A stretch of 64,000 bases of DNA. Source: Eledone cirrhosa. Lineage: Eukaryota. The position numbers and the translations under genes were made by a program. Position 1 is the first letter of the stretch; each line of letters begins with the position of its first letter. The notes under the pieces were generated by a model. That model made no database searches. It saw only the letters and a program-made list of their open reading frames with translations, and was not told the DNA's origin. Below are positions 26,858 to 43,353 of this stretch, in pieces. The stretch is from contig OZ024766.1 in NCBI GenBank assembly GCA_964016885.1, positions 9,920,001-9,984,000 of the forward strand, in the 5' to 3' direction.

Positions 26858-29800
26858 ACATATCTCTCTGTGTGTGTGAGAGAAAGAGAGAAAAAAATGG
26901 GAGTACTTACACAGGAAAAAGATTAAGGAGCCCCTCAGCTGTAACCAGGGGTTTCTTGAAGTGGCGTATATCCCATAGTTTTACTGTGTCATCACCTAAA
27001 TATACACATATATGATATATATATAGAACGACAGCTGTATAAAAAGTGCAGGGCAATAAAGATAGACGGTAGCCACGGAGTAGGCAGTCCCAGAAAAACC
27101 TGGGACGAGCTGATAAATTCCGACCTCACACACTTACACCTCTCCAAGACAATGTCACTGGACCGAGTACTTTGGCACTACACAGTAATACAGAAGACCC
27201 GCCTTACCTAAGTACAAAGTGAAACCTACTACAGTCAGTAGGCACCTCTAACAAAATACACCCCCGTCCCACTACCCCCACCCCTTTCAATGTAAAGTTA
27301 TGTTGGTACCACAACATCCAGCCCGAAACAAATGAGGTTGTGTAGGTGTCACGACAAAAAAACACAGTCCACGCTGTAATGTGGCCGTGTAGGTAACACG
27401 GTAAAAACCTCCCAGTCCACACTGTAAATGTGGTTGGTGTTAGGAAGGGCATCCAGCTGTAGAAAACCCGCCAGACAGTCCCATGCGAGCAAGACAACCA
27501 CTTTTGCCTCAAGTGGGAAAACTCCCGTCCAAACCCATGCAAGCGTGGAAGATGGACGTTAAACGATGATGATGATATGTATAGTATAGCCCTAACCCTA
27601 ACCAAAACTGTAGTGATTTCCAGATGTTTATTGAAGAGATGGGATTGTCGGTCTTTTCATTGTTTTTCCCACTGTCTTTGTCCTGTGTACCCCCTATTTT
27701 GAATACAAATATATATGTATACATGCACACAAGGAAAGTGTGACCTCACTTACCTCCCCTGGATGCAAGAACTCTCCCATCATATGAAAAACACAAAGAG
27801 GTGGTATCGCTTCCCTTCATGTGCGCTGTTCTGTTTAGCATGGAGGTACTGACCTGTGGAGAGGAGAGCATTTAGTGGTGTGATGTGGTATCCATTTCGG
27901 AACATAACTTAACAAAGGTTCTTACATAAAATTATGGTGGAAGGTTTTTAGATAAATATAAACACTTTAAAACAAACAGTTTTGTATCATAGAACCAGGG
28001 GTGGTTGGAACATAACTTAACAAAGGTTCTTACATAAAATTATGATGAAAAGTTTTTAGATTTGGAACATAACTTAACAAAAGTTCTTACATAGAATTAT
28101 AATGGAAAGTTTTTATATAAATATAAACACTCTTTATATAAAGTGTTTATATAATATAAACACTCAAACAGTTTTGTATCATAGAACCAGGAGTGTTTGG
28201 AACATAACTTAACAAAGGTTCTTACATAAAATTGTAAAAGAAAGTTTTTAAATTCGGAACACAACTTAACAAAGGTTCACTACCAAAAGGATTTATTTAT
28301 TTATAAATTTCAAAAAAAATTTTAAATCAAAGAATTTTACTCACAAATTTTCTGTTGCAGTCCCAAAGCTGTATAGAACCATCTTGGCATGCAGCAGCTA
28401 TGTAGTTACCATTCCTGGAGTATGTACACGCTGTAGGGTTCGTTCTGCGACCCTTATCACATCTGCATTTGATCACCACACGCTGTGAGAAAGGGTTGTT
28501 GAGGTCCCACAAACGTACTGTGCTGCAAGAAAAGGTTTGTGTATAAAAACAAATTTTGCCTTTTGTCCATTTAACCCTTTAGTGTTCAAACAAGCCAAAA
28601 TTCTCCACCTCTTTCTGTTGAAACTGGCCGCTCAAACTGATGTTAAGGTATTGTTATCAAAATAAATACTATCAAAATCTCATAGATTTGATATTATGTG
28701 AGATAATTATGCGAGGTAAAGCCTTTACAATGAAAATATAATAGTATATATAGAGTAATGTAAATGTTATGCGAGATATTATGTGAGGTAAAGCATTTAC
28801 TGTGAAAATACAATAGTATATATAGAGTAATGTAAATGTTATGTGAGATATTATGGGAGGTAAAGCCTTTACTGTGAAAATACAATAGTATATATAGAGT
28901 AATGTAAATGTTATGTGAGATATTATGTGAGGTAAAGCCTTTACTGTGAAAATATAATAGTATATATAGAGTAATGTAAATGTTATGTGAGATATTATGT
29001 GAGATAAAGCCTTTACTGTGAAAATACAATAGTATATATAGAGTAATGTAAATGTTATGTGAGGTATTATGTAAGGTAAAGCCTTTACTGTGAAAATACA
29101 ATAGTATATATAGAGTAATGTAAATGTTATGTGAGATATTATGTGAGGTAAAGCCTTTATTGTGAAAATACAATAGTATATATAGAGTAATGTAAATGTT
29201 ATGTGAGATATTATGGGAGGTAAAGCCTTTACTGTGAAAATACAATAGTATATATAGAGTAATGTAAATGTTATGTGAGATATTATGTGAGGTACAGACT
29301 TTACTGTGAAAATACAAAAGTATATATAGAGTAATGTAGATGTTATGTGAGATGTTATGGGAGGTAAAGCCTTTACTGTGAATATACAATAGTATATATA
29401 GAGTAATGTAAATGTTATGTGAGATATTATGTGAGGTAAAGCCTTTACTGTGAAAATACAATAGTATATATAGAGTAATGTAAATGTTATGTGAGATATT
29501 ATGTGAGGTAAAGCCTTTACTGTGAAAATACAATAGTATATATAGAGTAATGTAAATGTTATGTGAGATATTATGTGAGGTACAGACTTTACTGTGAAAA
29601 TACAAAAGTATATATAGAGTAATGTAGATGTTATGTGAGATGTTATGGGAGGTAAAGCCTTTACTGTGAATATACAATAGTATATATAGAGTAATGTAAA
29701 TGTTATGTGAGATATTATGTGAGGTAAAGCCTTTACTGTGAAAATACAATAGTATATATAGAGTAATGTAAATGTTATGTGAGATATTATGTGAGGTACA

Positions 29801-32328
29801 GACTTTACTGTGAAAATACAAAAGTATATATAGAGTAATGTAGATGTTATGTGAGATGTTATGGGAGGTAAAGCCTTTACTGTGAATATACAATAGTATA
29901 TATAGAGTAATGTAAATGTTATGTGAGATATTATGTGAGGTAAAGCCTTTACTGTGAAAATACAATAGTATATATAGAGTAATGTAAATGTTATGTGAGA
30001 TATTATGTGAGGTAAAGCCTTTACTGTGAAAATACAATAGTATATATAGAGTAATGTAAATGTTATGTGAGATATTATGGGAGGTAAAGCCTTTACTGTG
30101 AAAATACAATAGTATATATAGAGTAATGTGAATACTAAAGGGTCAAGGTCGATAAAATATAGTACCAGTTTAGTACTGGGGTTGATTCTTCCTCTATATC
30201 TCTTTTTCACTTACTCTCTCACTAGCTTTACCCTTCTCTCGAAGAAATCTGCTGTATTCAGATCTGGATATGGGCTCTGCCAGGTTTAAAAATGCCCATG
30301 ATATACCATATGTCAATACAATGGCCCCTAAAACTCCCTCAGGAGTTACGGGACCACACATGCATATACATATGAAAAGACGGCTGAACTCTGCCTTAGT
30401 TCGTATCTAGCTGTCGAAGCAGCAGGAGCTCAGCCGTCGGGGTCCTGACTCTTTTCCTATTACCCACTCTACTACTCTAAGTATTGAGTACTCTGGTGAG
30501 TTATGGTCCACCTGGTATCTTACCACACCCTCTTTGTTATATAAAAATAATAATTGTTTCTACTTTTGGCACAAGGCCAGCAATTACCCAGTACATTACT
30601 GGTACTTTATTTTATCGACCCCGTAAGGATGAAAGGCAAAGTTAACCTTGGCGGGATTTGAACTCAGAATGGCAAGGGCCGTAACTGTATGCTGCAATAA
30701 TAATAATGAAAATATTGTGTACAGTGCTCAGGTGCACTACAACTCATCAAAGGTGTATGTATAGTACATAGGGTAATGTACAAACGTCAGGAAAATGAAC
30801 AGTGCATGAGTCATGATATACACATGTGTGCATGTGTGTGGAAGGGGTACATCAGGTGTAGTTTTGGCGAATTTCGGGAAGCATGAGGGTTTTAAAGGAT
30901 GCAGTGTCTCGACAGCTAACAACTGATGTAAGGAGTTTGTTCCATGGAGGTTTTAAAGGATGCAGTGTCTCGACAGCTAACAACTGATGCAAGTAGTTTG
31001 TACCATGGAGGTTTTAAAGGATGCAGTGTCTCGACAGCTAACAACTGATGCAGGTAGTTTGTTCCATGGAGGTTTTAAAGGATGCAGTGTCTCGACAGCT
31101 AACAACTGATGCAGGTAGTTTGTTTCATGGAGGTTTTAAAAGATGCAGTGTCTCGACAGCTAACAACTGATGCAGGTAGTTTGTTCCATGGAGGTTTTAA
31201 AGGATGCAGTGTCTCGACAGCTAACAACTGATGCAGGTAGTTTGTTCCATGGAGGTTTTAAAGGATGCAGTGTCTCGACAGCTAACAACTGATGCAGGTA
31301 GTTTGTTCCATGGAGGTTTTAAAGGATGCAGTGTCTCGACAGCTAACAACTGATGCAGGTAGTTTGTTCCATGGAGGTTTTAAAGGATGTAGTGTCTCGA
31401 CAGCTAACAACTGATGCAGGGAGTTTGTTCCATTGAAGTTTTAAAGGATGCAGTGTCTCAGCAGCTAACAACTGATGCAGGTAGTTTGTTCCATGGAGGT
31501 TTTAAAGGATGCAGTGTCTCGACAGCTAACAACTACTGCAGGCAGTTTGTTCCATGGAGGTTTTAAAGAATGCAGTGTCTCGGCAGCTAACAACTGATGC
31601 AGGTAGTTTGTTCCATGGAGGCCTTAAAGGATGCAGTGTCTCGACAGCTAACAACTGATGCAGGTAGTTTGTTCCATGGAGGTTTTAAAGGATGCAGTGT
31701 CTCGGCAGCTAACAACTGATGCAGGTAGTTTGTTCCATGGAGGTTTTAAAGGATGCAGTGTCTCGACAGCTAACAACTGACGCAGGCAGTTTGTTCCATG
31801 GAGGTTTTAAAGGATGCAGTGTCCCGACAGCTAACAACCGATGCAGGCAGTTTGTTCCATGGAGGTTTTAAAGGATGCAGTGTCTCGGCAGCTAACAACT
31901 GATGCAGGTAGTTTGTTCCATGGAGGTTTTAAAGGATGCAGTGTCTCGACAGCTAACAACTGACGCAGGCAGTTTGTTCCATGGAGGTTTTAAAGGATGC
32001 AGTGTCCCGACAGCTAACAACTGATGCAGGCAGTTTGTTCCATGGAGGTTTTAAAGGATGCAGTGTCCCGACAGCTAACAACTGATGCAGGTAGTTTGTT
32101 CCATGCTTCAGCAACTCTAAGCGTGAAAAAATGTTTCCGAAAGTCATGGGAGCTGTGCTGTTTTCTGACTTTGTAGGCCTGTCCACGTGTTTAGACACAT
32201 GGAGATCAAAAAGGTGCTCAGAGTTATTGTTGGCGAGATGGTTAATAACTTTGTGGGTGTTTACCAAGTCCATTGCCAGACATCAGAGCTTCAATGAATC
32301 CATGCCCAGGGAAGCAAGGCGTTCAGAG

Positions 32329-32360
<32 letters not shown>

Positions 32361-32773
32361 CGTAGGTGTCACAACAAAAATCACCCAGTACTCACTGTAA
32401 TTGAGGTTGGCACCAGGTGGGACATCCAGCTGTAGAAGCCAAGCCAAAATCAGATCCATGTGAACAAGACATGGTCTCATGACCTGGCATTGCTTACAAC
32501 AGGAGAATTTGTCATGGCCTGTGGCCCGCGACCAACTAGACAATTTGGAGAGATCACATCTTGACTCTATGTACTGGGCTCATGTTATTGTGACACCAGC
32601 ACTAAAACTTTACAGAGTGTACTGGGAGTATTTTTCAAAGCCACAGCAAACATACATACCTGTCATTCCCACAGGTCATAAACTCATTTCTGTCTTTCGG
32701 ATGCCAACAACCAGAGTTCAACATCGCTACATGACCCTGAAAGAACATTTCGCAATATATATATATATGTGTA

Positions 32774-32807
<34 letters not shown>

Positions 32808-33000
32808 CACACAGGTATATATACATATAATAATAATAATAATGAAATTATTGTGTACAGTGCTCAGGTGCACTACAACTCGTCAAAGGTGCATGTATAG
32901 TGCATAGAATAATACACAAATGTCAGGGAAGTGAACAGTGTATATATATATATATATACACACAGATATATATACATATATATGTGTATGTGTGTGTGTA

Positions 33001-33054
<54 letters not shown>

Positions 33055-33064
33055 TGTATATATA

Positions 33065-33124
<60 letters not shown>

Positions 33125-33952
33125 CATAAATGTGTTGAGAGAGAAACTGTGTCTGAGAGGGATAGAATGTAGTGTGCGGGAGAGGAGACTGAGGTTGTAT
33201 GGACATGTGATGTGTTGAGAGAGAAACTGTGTCTGAGAGGGATAGAATGTAGTGTACGGGAGAGGAGACTGAGGTGGTATGGACATGTGATGTGTTGAGA
33301 GAGAAACTGTGTCTGAGAGGGATAGAATGTAGTGTACGGGAGAGGAGACTGAGGTGGTATGGACATGTGATGTGTTGAGAGAGAAACTGTGTCTGAGAGG
33401 GATAGAATGTAGTGTACGGGAGAGGAGACTGAGGTGGTATGGACATGTAATGTGTTGAGAGAGAAACTGTGTCTGAGAGGGATAGAATGTAGTGTACGGG
33501 AGAGGAGACTGAGGTGGTATGGACATGTGATGTGTTGAGAGAGAAACTGTGTCTGAGAGGGATAGAATGTAGTGTACGGGAGAGGAGACTGAGGTGGTAT
33601 GGACATGTGATGTGTTGAGAGAGAAACTGTGTCTGAGAGGGATAGAATGTAGTGTACGGGAGAGGAGACTGAGGTGGTATGGACATGTGATGTACATGGA
33701 GGATGACCGGTGGGTGAAGAAGTGCCAGGAAATGCCAGTTGAAGGAAGACGTGGTAGAGGCAGACCACGAAAAACATGGGCGGAGGTGGTGAGAACAGAC
33801 CTCAGATCATTGAAGCTCACGGTGGAGATGACAAGGGACCGTGACGAGTGGAGAGATGCTGTGCTGAATAGGACCCGTCCCACCCTTGCAAGCAGGGAAA
33901 AGCGGACGTAAAATGATGATGATGATGATGATGATGATGATGTGTATATATA

Positions 33953-34004
<52 letters not shown>

Positions 34005-34050
34005 TATACATATATATATATATGTATATATACATATATGTATATATACA

Positions 34051-34098
<48 letters not shown>

Positions 34099-34178
34099 GT
34101 AAACAGAAATAACACAATTGGTATATAGAAGAAATATATATATATATAAAAAAAAAACATATATATGTGTATATATAC

Positions 34179-34266
<88 letters not shown>

Positions 34267-37200
34267 ATAGTGTACATACAAGCTTACCTTAGTATTGGAC
34301 ATATCTGCAATATATTGGTCCCCTTTAACACATTCCATCTTCTCGAAGCCATCCCTGTCAATAACTTTGGCCTGTGCATTAGCTGCTACGACTAGCAACA
34401 CGTCTCCTGTTGTACTGTACTGCAGGTTCCGAATTTGGTGGCTGTAATGATGCGAGAGAGTGCGGCGTAATGAGACAACTTCTTATCAAACCACGTGTCA
34501 CTTTCTGTGAAATGCTCAGACACTTAAGATAGAATAAAATTTGGACTGTGCCTGTAATCTAAAGGGACAGCTTTTCTTGTCACATACACTGTGTCATGCT
34601 GAATCTCCCTGAGAACTATGTTAAACGACACACATATTTGTGGTGTGGAATACTCAGCCATTGACATTATAATTTGAGATTATATATATATATGATTATA
34701 TATATATAATGTTATGTTGACACCTCTTAATCAAATATACACCCCCATCCCACTACCCCAACCCCATCAACACCACCCCTTTCTCTGTAAAGTTATGTTG
34801 GTACCACAACATCCAGTCCTAAATAAATGAGGGCGTGTAGGTGTCACGACAAAAAACACACAGTCCACGCAGTAATGTGGCCATGTAGGTAACACGGTAA
34901 AAACCTCCCAGTCCACACTGTAAATGTGGTTGGTGTTAGGAAGGGCATCCAACTGTAGAAAACTTGTCAGACAGTCCTATACGAGTGAGACATGGTCACC
35001 CGACCAATCTTGCCTCAAGTGGGACAATTCCCATCTAAACCCATGCTAGCGTGGAAGATGGACGTTAAACGTTGATGATGATATATATGTAAATATTTAT
35101 GTATATATATCATCATCGATTAACGTCCACCTTCCACGCTAGCATGGGTTAGACAGGTCTGTCCCATTTAGAGGCAAGTTGGGTCGAGTGACCGTGTCTC
35201 GCTCATATAGAACTGTTTCTGGCTGGTTTTCTACAGCTGGATGCCCTTCCTAACGCCAACCACATTTACAGTGTGGACTGGGAGGTTTTTACCGTGTTTC
35301 CTACACAACCACTTTACAGTGTGGACTGGGTGCTTTTTGTCATGACACCTACATGACAACTTTACAGTGTGGACTGGGTGCTTTTTGTCATGACACCTAC
35401 ATGACCACTTTACAGTGTGGATTGGGTACTTTTTGTTGTGACACCTACATGACCACTTTACAGTGTCGACTGGGTACTTTTTGTTGTCACCTACATGACC
35501 ACTTTACAGTGTGGACTGGGTGTATTTTGTCGTGACACCTACATGACCACTTTACAGTGTGGACTGGGTGTCTTTTTGTCAGGACACCTACATGACCACT
35601 TTACAGTGTGGACTGGGTGTTTTTTGTTGTGACACCTACATGACCACTTTACAGTGTGGACTGGGTGCTTTTTGTTGTGACACCTACATGACCACTTTAC
35701 AGTGTGGACTGGGTACTTTTTGTCATGACACCTACATGACCACTTTACAGTGTGGACTGGGTGTTTTTTGTTGTGACACCTACATGACCACTTTACAGTG
35801 TGGACTGGGTGCTTTTTGTCATGACACCTACATGACCACTTTACAGTGTCGACTGGGTACTTTTTGTTGTCACCTACATGACCACTTTACAGTGTGGACT
35901 GGGTGTATTTTGTCGTGACACCTACATGACCACTTTACAGTGTGGACTGGGTGTCTTTTTGTCATGACACCTACATGACCACTTTACAGTGTGGACTGGG
36001 TGGTTTTTGTCATGACACCTACATGACCACTTTACAGTGTGGACTGGGTGGTTTTTGTCATGACACCTACATGACCACTTTACAGTGTGGACTGGGTGCT
36101 TTTTGTCATGACACCTACATGACCACTTTACAGTGTCGACTGGGTACTTTTTGTTGTCACCTACATGACCACTTTACAGTGTGGACTGGGTGTATTTTGT
36201 CGTGACACCTACATGACCACTTTACAGTGTGGACTGGGTGTATTTTGTCGTGACACCTACATGACCACTTTACAGTGTGGACTGGGTGTCTTTTTGTCAT
36301 TTTGTCAGGACACCTACATGACCACTTTACAGTGTGGACTGGGTGGTTTTTGTCGTGACACCTACATGACCACTTTACAGTGTGGACTGGGTACTTTTTG
36401 TCATGATACCTACATGACCACTTTACAGTGTGGACTGGGTGTCTTTTTGTCGTGACACCTACATAACCACTTTACAGTGTGGACTGGGTGTCTTTTTGTC
36501 GTGACACCTACATCAACCACTTTACAGTGTGGACAGGGTGCTTTTTGTTGTGACACCTACATGACCACTTTACTGTGTGGACTGGGTGTCTTTTTGTCAT
36601 GACACCTACATGACCACTTTACAGTGTGGACTGGGTGTCTTTTTGTCAGGACACCTACATGACCACTTTACAGTGTGGACTGGGTGCTTTTTGTCATGAC
36701 ACCTACATGACCACTTTACAGTGTGGACTGGGTACTTTTTGTCATGACACCTACATGACCACTTTACAGTGTGGACTGGGTGTCTTTTTGTCAGGACACC
36801 TACATGACCACTTTACAGTGTGGACTGGGTGCTTTTTGTCATGACACCTACATGACCACTTTACAGTGTGGACTGGGTACTTTTTGTCAGGACACCTACA
36901 TGACCACTTTACAGTGTGGACTGGGTGCTTTTTGTCATGACACCTACATGACCACTTTACAGTGTGGACTGGGTACTTTTTGTCATGACACCTACATGAC
37001 CACTTTACAGTGTGGACTGGGTACTTTTTGTCATGACACCTACATGACCACTTTACAGTGTGGACTGGGTGTCTTTTTGTCAGGACACCTACATGACCAC
37101 TTTACAGTGTGGACTGGGTGCTTTTTGTCATGACACCTACATGACCACTTTACAGTGTGGACTGGGTGCTTTTTGTCATGACACCTACATGACCACTTTA

Positions 37201-40200
37201 CAGTGTGGACTGGGTACTTTTTGTCATGACACCTACATGACCACTTTACAGTGTGGACTGGGTACTTTTTGTCATGACACCTACATGACCACTTTACAGT
37301 GTGGACTGGGTGTCTTTTTGTCAGGACACCTACATGACCACTTTACTGTGTGGACTGGGTGTTTTTTTTGTCATGACACCTACATGACCACTTTACTGTG
37401 TGGACTGGGTATCTTTTTGTCATGACACCTACATGACCACTTTACAGTGTGGACTGGGTGTCTTTTTGTCATGACACCTACATGACCACTTTACTGTGTG
37501 GACTGGGTATCTTTTTGTCATGACACCTACATGACCACTTTACAGTGTGGACTGGGTGTCTTTTTGTCAGGACACCTACATGACCACTTTACAGTGTGGA
37601 CTGGGTGGTTTTTGTCATGACACCTACATGACCACTTTACAGTGTGGACTGGGTGTGTTTTTTGTCATGACACCTACATGACCACTTTACAGTGTGGACT
37701 GGGTGTCTTTTTGTCATGACACCTACATGACCACTTTACTGTGTGGACTGGGTATCTTTTTGTCATGACACCTACATGACCACTTTACAGTGTGGACTGG
37801 GTGTCTTTTTGTCATGACACCTACATGACCACTTTACTGTGTGGACTGGGTATCTTTTTGTCATGACACCTACATGACCACTTTACAGTGTGGACTGGGT
37901 GTCTTTTTGTCAGGACACCTACATGACCACTTTACAGTGTGGACTGGGTGCTTTTTGTCGTGACACCTACATGACCACTTTACAGTGTGGACTGGGTGGT
38001 TTTTGTCATGACACCTACATGACCACTTTACAGTGTGGACTGGGTGTTTTTTTTGTCATGACACCTACATGACCACTTTACAGTGTGGACTGGGTACTTT
38101 TTGTCATGACACCTACATGACCACTTTACAGTGTGGACTGGGTGTCTTTTTGTCAGGACACCTACATGACCACTTTACAGTGTGGACTGGGTGTTTTTTG
38201 TCGTGACACCTACATGACCACTTTACAGTGTGGACTGGGTGTCTTTTTGTCAGGACACCTACATGACCACTTTACAGTGTGGACTGGGTGTCTTTTTGTC
38301 ATGACACCTACATGACCACTTTACAGTGTGGACTGGGTACTTTTTGTCATGACACCTACATGACCACTTTACAGTGTGGACTGGGTGTCTTTTTGTCAGG
38401 ACACCTACATGACCACTTTACAGTGTGGACTGGGTGTTTTTTGTCGTGACACCTACATGACCACTTTACAGTGTGGACTGGGTGTCTTTTTGTCAGGACA
38501 CCTACATGACCACTTTACAGTGTGGACTGGGTGTCTTTTTGTCAGGACACCTACATGACCACTTTACAGTGTGGACTGGGTGTCTTTTTGTCAGGACACC
38601 TACATGACCACTTTACAGTGTGGACTGGGTGTCTTTTTGTCAGGACACCTACATGACCACTTTACAGTGTGGACTGGGTGTCTTTTTGTCAGGACACCTA
38701 CATGACCACTTTACAGTGTGGACTGGGTGTCTTTTTGTCAGGACACCTACATGACCACTTTACAGTGTGGACTGGATGTCTTTTTGTCAGGACACCTACA
38801 TGACCACTTTACAGTGTGGACTGGGTGTTTTTTGTCGTGACACCTACATGACCACTTTACAGTGTGGACTGGGTGTCTTTTTGTCAGGACACCTACATGA
38901 CCACTTTACAGTGTGGACTGGGTGTCTTTTTGTCAGGACACCTACATGACCACTTTACAGTGTGGACTGGGTGTCTTTTTGTCAGGACACCTACATGACC
39001 ACTTTACAGTGTGGACTGGGTGTCTTTTTGTCAGGACACCTACATGACCACTTTACAGTGTGGACTGGGTGTCTTTTTGTCAGGACACCTACATGACCAC
39101 TTTACAGTGTGGACTGGGTGTCTTTTTGTCAGGACACCTACATGACCACTTTACAGTGTGGACTGGGTGTCTTTTTGTCAGGACACCTACATGACCACTT
39201 TACAGTGTGGACTGGGTGTCTTTTTGTCAGGACACCTACATGACCACTTTACAGTGTGGACTGGGTGTCTTTTTGTCAGGACACCTACATGACCACTTTA
39301 CAGTGTGGACTGGGTGTCTTTTTGTCAGGACACCTACATGACCACTTTACAGTGTGGACTGGGTGTTTTTTGTCGTGACACCTACATGACCACTTTACAG
39401 TGTGGACTGGGTGTCTTTTTGTCAGGACACCTACATGACCACTTTACAGTGTGGACTGGGTGTCTTTTTGTCAGGACACCTACATGACCACTTTACAGTG
39501 TGGACTGGGTGTCTTTTTGTCAGGACACCTACATGACCACTTTACAGTGTGGACTGGGTGCTTTTTGTCATGACACCTACATGACCACTTTACTGTGTGG
39601 ACTGGGTGTCTTTTTGTCATGACACCTACATGACCACTTTACTGTGTGGACTGGGTGTCTTTTTGTCATGACACCTACATGACCACTTTACAGTGTGGAC
39701 TGGGTGTCTTTTTGTCATGACACCTACATGACCACTTTACAGTGTGGACTGGGTGTCTTTTTGTCAGGACACCTACATGACCACTTTACAGTGTGGACTG
39801 GGTGTCTTTTTGTCAGGACACCTACATGACCACTTTACAGTGTGGACTGGGTGTCTTTTTGTCAGGACACCTACATGACCACTTTACAGTGTGGACTGGG
39901 TGACTTTTTTGTCATGACACCTACATGACCACTTTACAGTGTGGACTGGGTGTCTTTTTGTCATGACACCTACATGACCACTTTACTGTGTGGACTGGGT
40001 GTCTTTTTGTCATGACACGTACATGACCACTTTACAGTGTGGACTGGGTGTTTTTTTTGTCATGACACCTACATGACCACTTTACAGTGTGGACTGGGTG
40101 TCTTTTTGTCAGGACACCTACATGACCACTTTACAGTGTGGACTGGGTGTCTTTTTGTCAGGACACCAACATGACCACTTTACAGTGTGGACTGGGTGTC

Positions 40201-43127
40201 TTTTTGTCAGGACACCTACATGACCACTTTACAGATGGAAATAGGAGGATGGTGTAGGGTTTGTGAGGTGTGGTGTATATTGGGTTAAGAGGTGCCTACT
40301 GACTGTAGGTTTAAGTTTGTATGTAAGGGAAGGCAGGTCTTCTGTACAACTGTACAGCGCCAAAGATCTTTTTGGGGGTTATTATGACTCTAGATAAAGT
40401 CTGTTGAGCTTGCTTATTGAGAAACACAAAATTCTAAACATATTTGATATGTTTTGATTCATTTGCATTTAACGGATCCAAATCTCATAACTTGTTGAGC
40501 TCGGAGGCTACAATCCCTACTCCTATTTCTAGCAGAAGTAACGTCCACCTTGTGGATATCTATTTGATATATATATATATATACATATATATAAAGAGAT
40601 ACATAGAGAAAGAGAGAGAGAGATAGATATAGAATAAAACAATCACCATCACCATCACCACAACTCACCATTCGCAGGGTCTCAGGCTCCGAAAGTGTCT
40701 CAAAGAGGCGTCCATACCGGCAAAGTCCCAAAACGTAATGTCGTAGTCATAACCTCCGGTAACGAGCCGAGCACCGGAGGGGTCCAGAGCCAGTGCTGAC
40801 ACCTGGTGGCAGAAATACAAATTAAATCTATACTATAATAAAGGGAGGAGTGTGGGACTGTGTCCATTTTATATTTTTTTTATCCCGTTAGTAAAATAAG
40901 TTGGATTACTTTGAATAAATAATTGTTTCTACTTTAGGCACAAGGCCAGCAATTACCCCAGTGTATTACTGGTACTTTATTTTATCGACCCCGTAAGGAT
41001 GAAAGGCAAAGTCAACCTCGGCTTACTTTGAATAAATAATTGTTTCTACTTTTGGCACAAGGCCAGCAGTTACCCCAGTGTATTACTGGTACTTTATTTT
41101 ATCGACCCCGTAAGGATGAAAGGCAAAGTCAACCTCGGCTTACTTTGAATAAATAATTGTTTCTACTTTAGGCACAAGGCCAGCAAATACCCCAGTGTAT
41201 TACTGGTACTTTATTTTATCGACCCCGTAAGGATGAAAGGCAAAGTCAACCTCGGCTTACTTTGAATAAATAATTGTTTCTACTTTTGGCACAAGGCCAG
41301 CAAATTACCCCAGCGCATGACTGGTACTTTATTTTATCGACCCCGGAAGGATGAAAGGCAAAGTTAACCTCGGCGGGATTTGAACTCAGAATGGCAAGGG
41401 CCGTAACTCTATACGTCAAAGCATGGCGTCCGACCCACTACCGATGCTGCCAATACACCGCCCTTTGAATAAATAATGAATGAATATTACAAGATTTATC
41501 TAATAAATTTCGTAGCTGTTAATTAAACATAAATATTCTTATATATAATGATTGCTTATTTTAAGATTCACTTCTTTTAAAATTTTCAAATGTCTACACT
41601 TCCGGTTAGCGTCTGTTATATCATAACACTTATTACATCGCTTATATAAACATTATATACTTGTTTCGTTATATAAGGTTTATATTTCCGTCGCTAATTT
41701 TTTCCTTTTTCGTTTTCATTACATTTCACTGTAATACAGTTTATATATAATATCATCATCATCATCATCACCGTTTTACGTCCGTTCTTCCACGCTAGCA
41801 TGGGTTAGACGGGTTGTCCTGTTGTGGGTAGTGTCTGGTCGGCTGACCATGCCTTGCTCATACAGGAACTGATCTGGCTTGATTTCTACAGCTGGATGCC
41901 CTTCCTAACACCAACCTCATTTACAGTGAGTGCTGGGTGCTTTTTTGTGGCACCTACATGTCCACTTTACAGTGTGGGCTGGGTGCTTTTTTTGCTGTGA
42001 CACCTCCACGACCACCTTGCAGTGGGAGGGTGTGGGAGCATATTGTCTATATGCTTCAGCTTGTACCCATGGGAGGTCGGGTACTCTGTATTACTGCGTG
42101 ACGCCAGAGGTCACGGTCGTGTGTCATTGCCTTTGAGAGGTGTAATTGGGTAAGGTCGGCTTTAATCACCTCATCCCAGGTCATCTTGGGTCTCCCCACT
42201 CCGCGGTTTCCATCGACTTCTAGTGCTCTGCACCTTTTTTAAATATATCATGGTTTACTTTACTGATTACATAAGACAGTGTAACACAGTCTCTCTTCAA
42301 TTTCTGTGTATATTGTCAATTATGATTTCAAGAAGAAGGCAACTTACTGATTTATTTCCGTGGGACAATGTAATTTCGAGAGATTGTGGTATTGTCTGTT
42401 CCAAGGTCTGCCAAAGAGAAATAAACATTACTCTATATATACTATTGTATTTTCACAGTAAAGGCTTTACCTCACATAATACCTCACAACATTTACATTA
42501 CTCTATATATACTATTGTATTTTCACAATAAAGGCTTTACCTCACATAATATCTCACATAACATTTACATTACTCTATATATACTATTGTATTTTCACAG
42601 TAAAGGCTTTACCTCACATAATATCTCACATAACATTTACATTACTCTATATATACTATTATATTTTCACAGTAAAGGTTTTACCTCACATAATACCTCG
42701 CATAACATTTACATTTCTCTATATATACTATTGTATTTTCACAGTAAAGGCTTTACCTCACATAACATTTACATTACTCTATATATACTATTGTATTTTC
42801 ACAGTAAAGGCTTTACCTCACATAACATTTACATTACTCTATATATACTATTGTATGTTCACAGTAAAGGCTTTACCTCACATAATTATCTCACATAATA
42901 TCAAATCTATGAGATTTTGATAGTATTTATTTTGAGAACAATACCTTAACATCAGTTTGAGCGACCAGTTAAAGCCAGTTTCAACAGAAAGAGGTGGAGA
43001 ATTCTGGCCGGTTTTGGCCGGTTTGAACATTAAAGGGTTAATAAATATTTTCTCTATGGTTCTTATATATTTGATATATATTTGTCATTATTGAGCCCTC
43101 TTTGGATTTTAGTCTTCACATTTACTC

Positions 43128-43161
<34 letters not shown>

Positions 43162-43268
43162 TACACATACATATATATATATATATATATATGCATACAT
43201 ACATATATATATATACATACATACATACATACATACATACAGGGTGTATATATAACTTTTTGGGGGAC

Positions 43269-43309
<41 letters not shown>

Positions 43310-43316
43310 CTGTGTA

Positions 43317-43353
<37 letters not shown>

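Noticed and set aside
28672-30210. Long ORFs over the 72-bp arrays (also 48859-50010 and 52748-53467) and the 60-bp array (62507-63783)
   Set aside because: Periodic translations of minisatellites.
20630-40233. CRISPR-like regular arrays (65 bp and 48/49 bp)
   Set aside because: Units are contiguous with no unique spacers, there are no cas genes, and they lie in eukaryotic introns.
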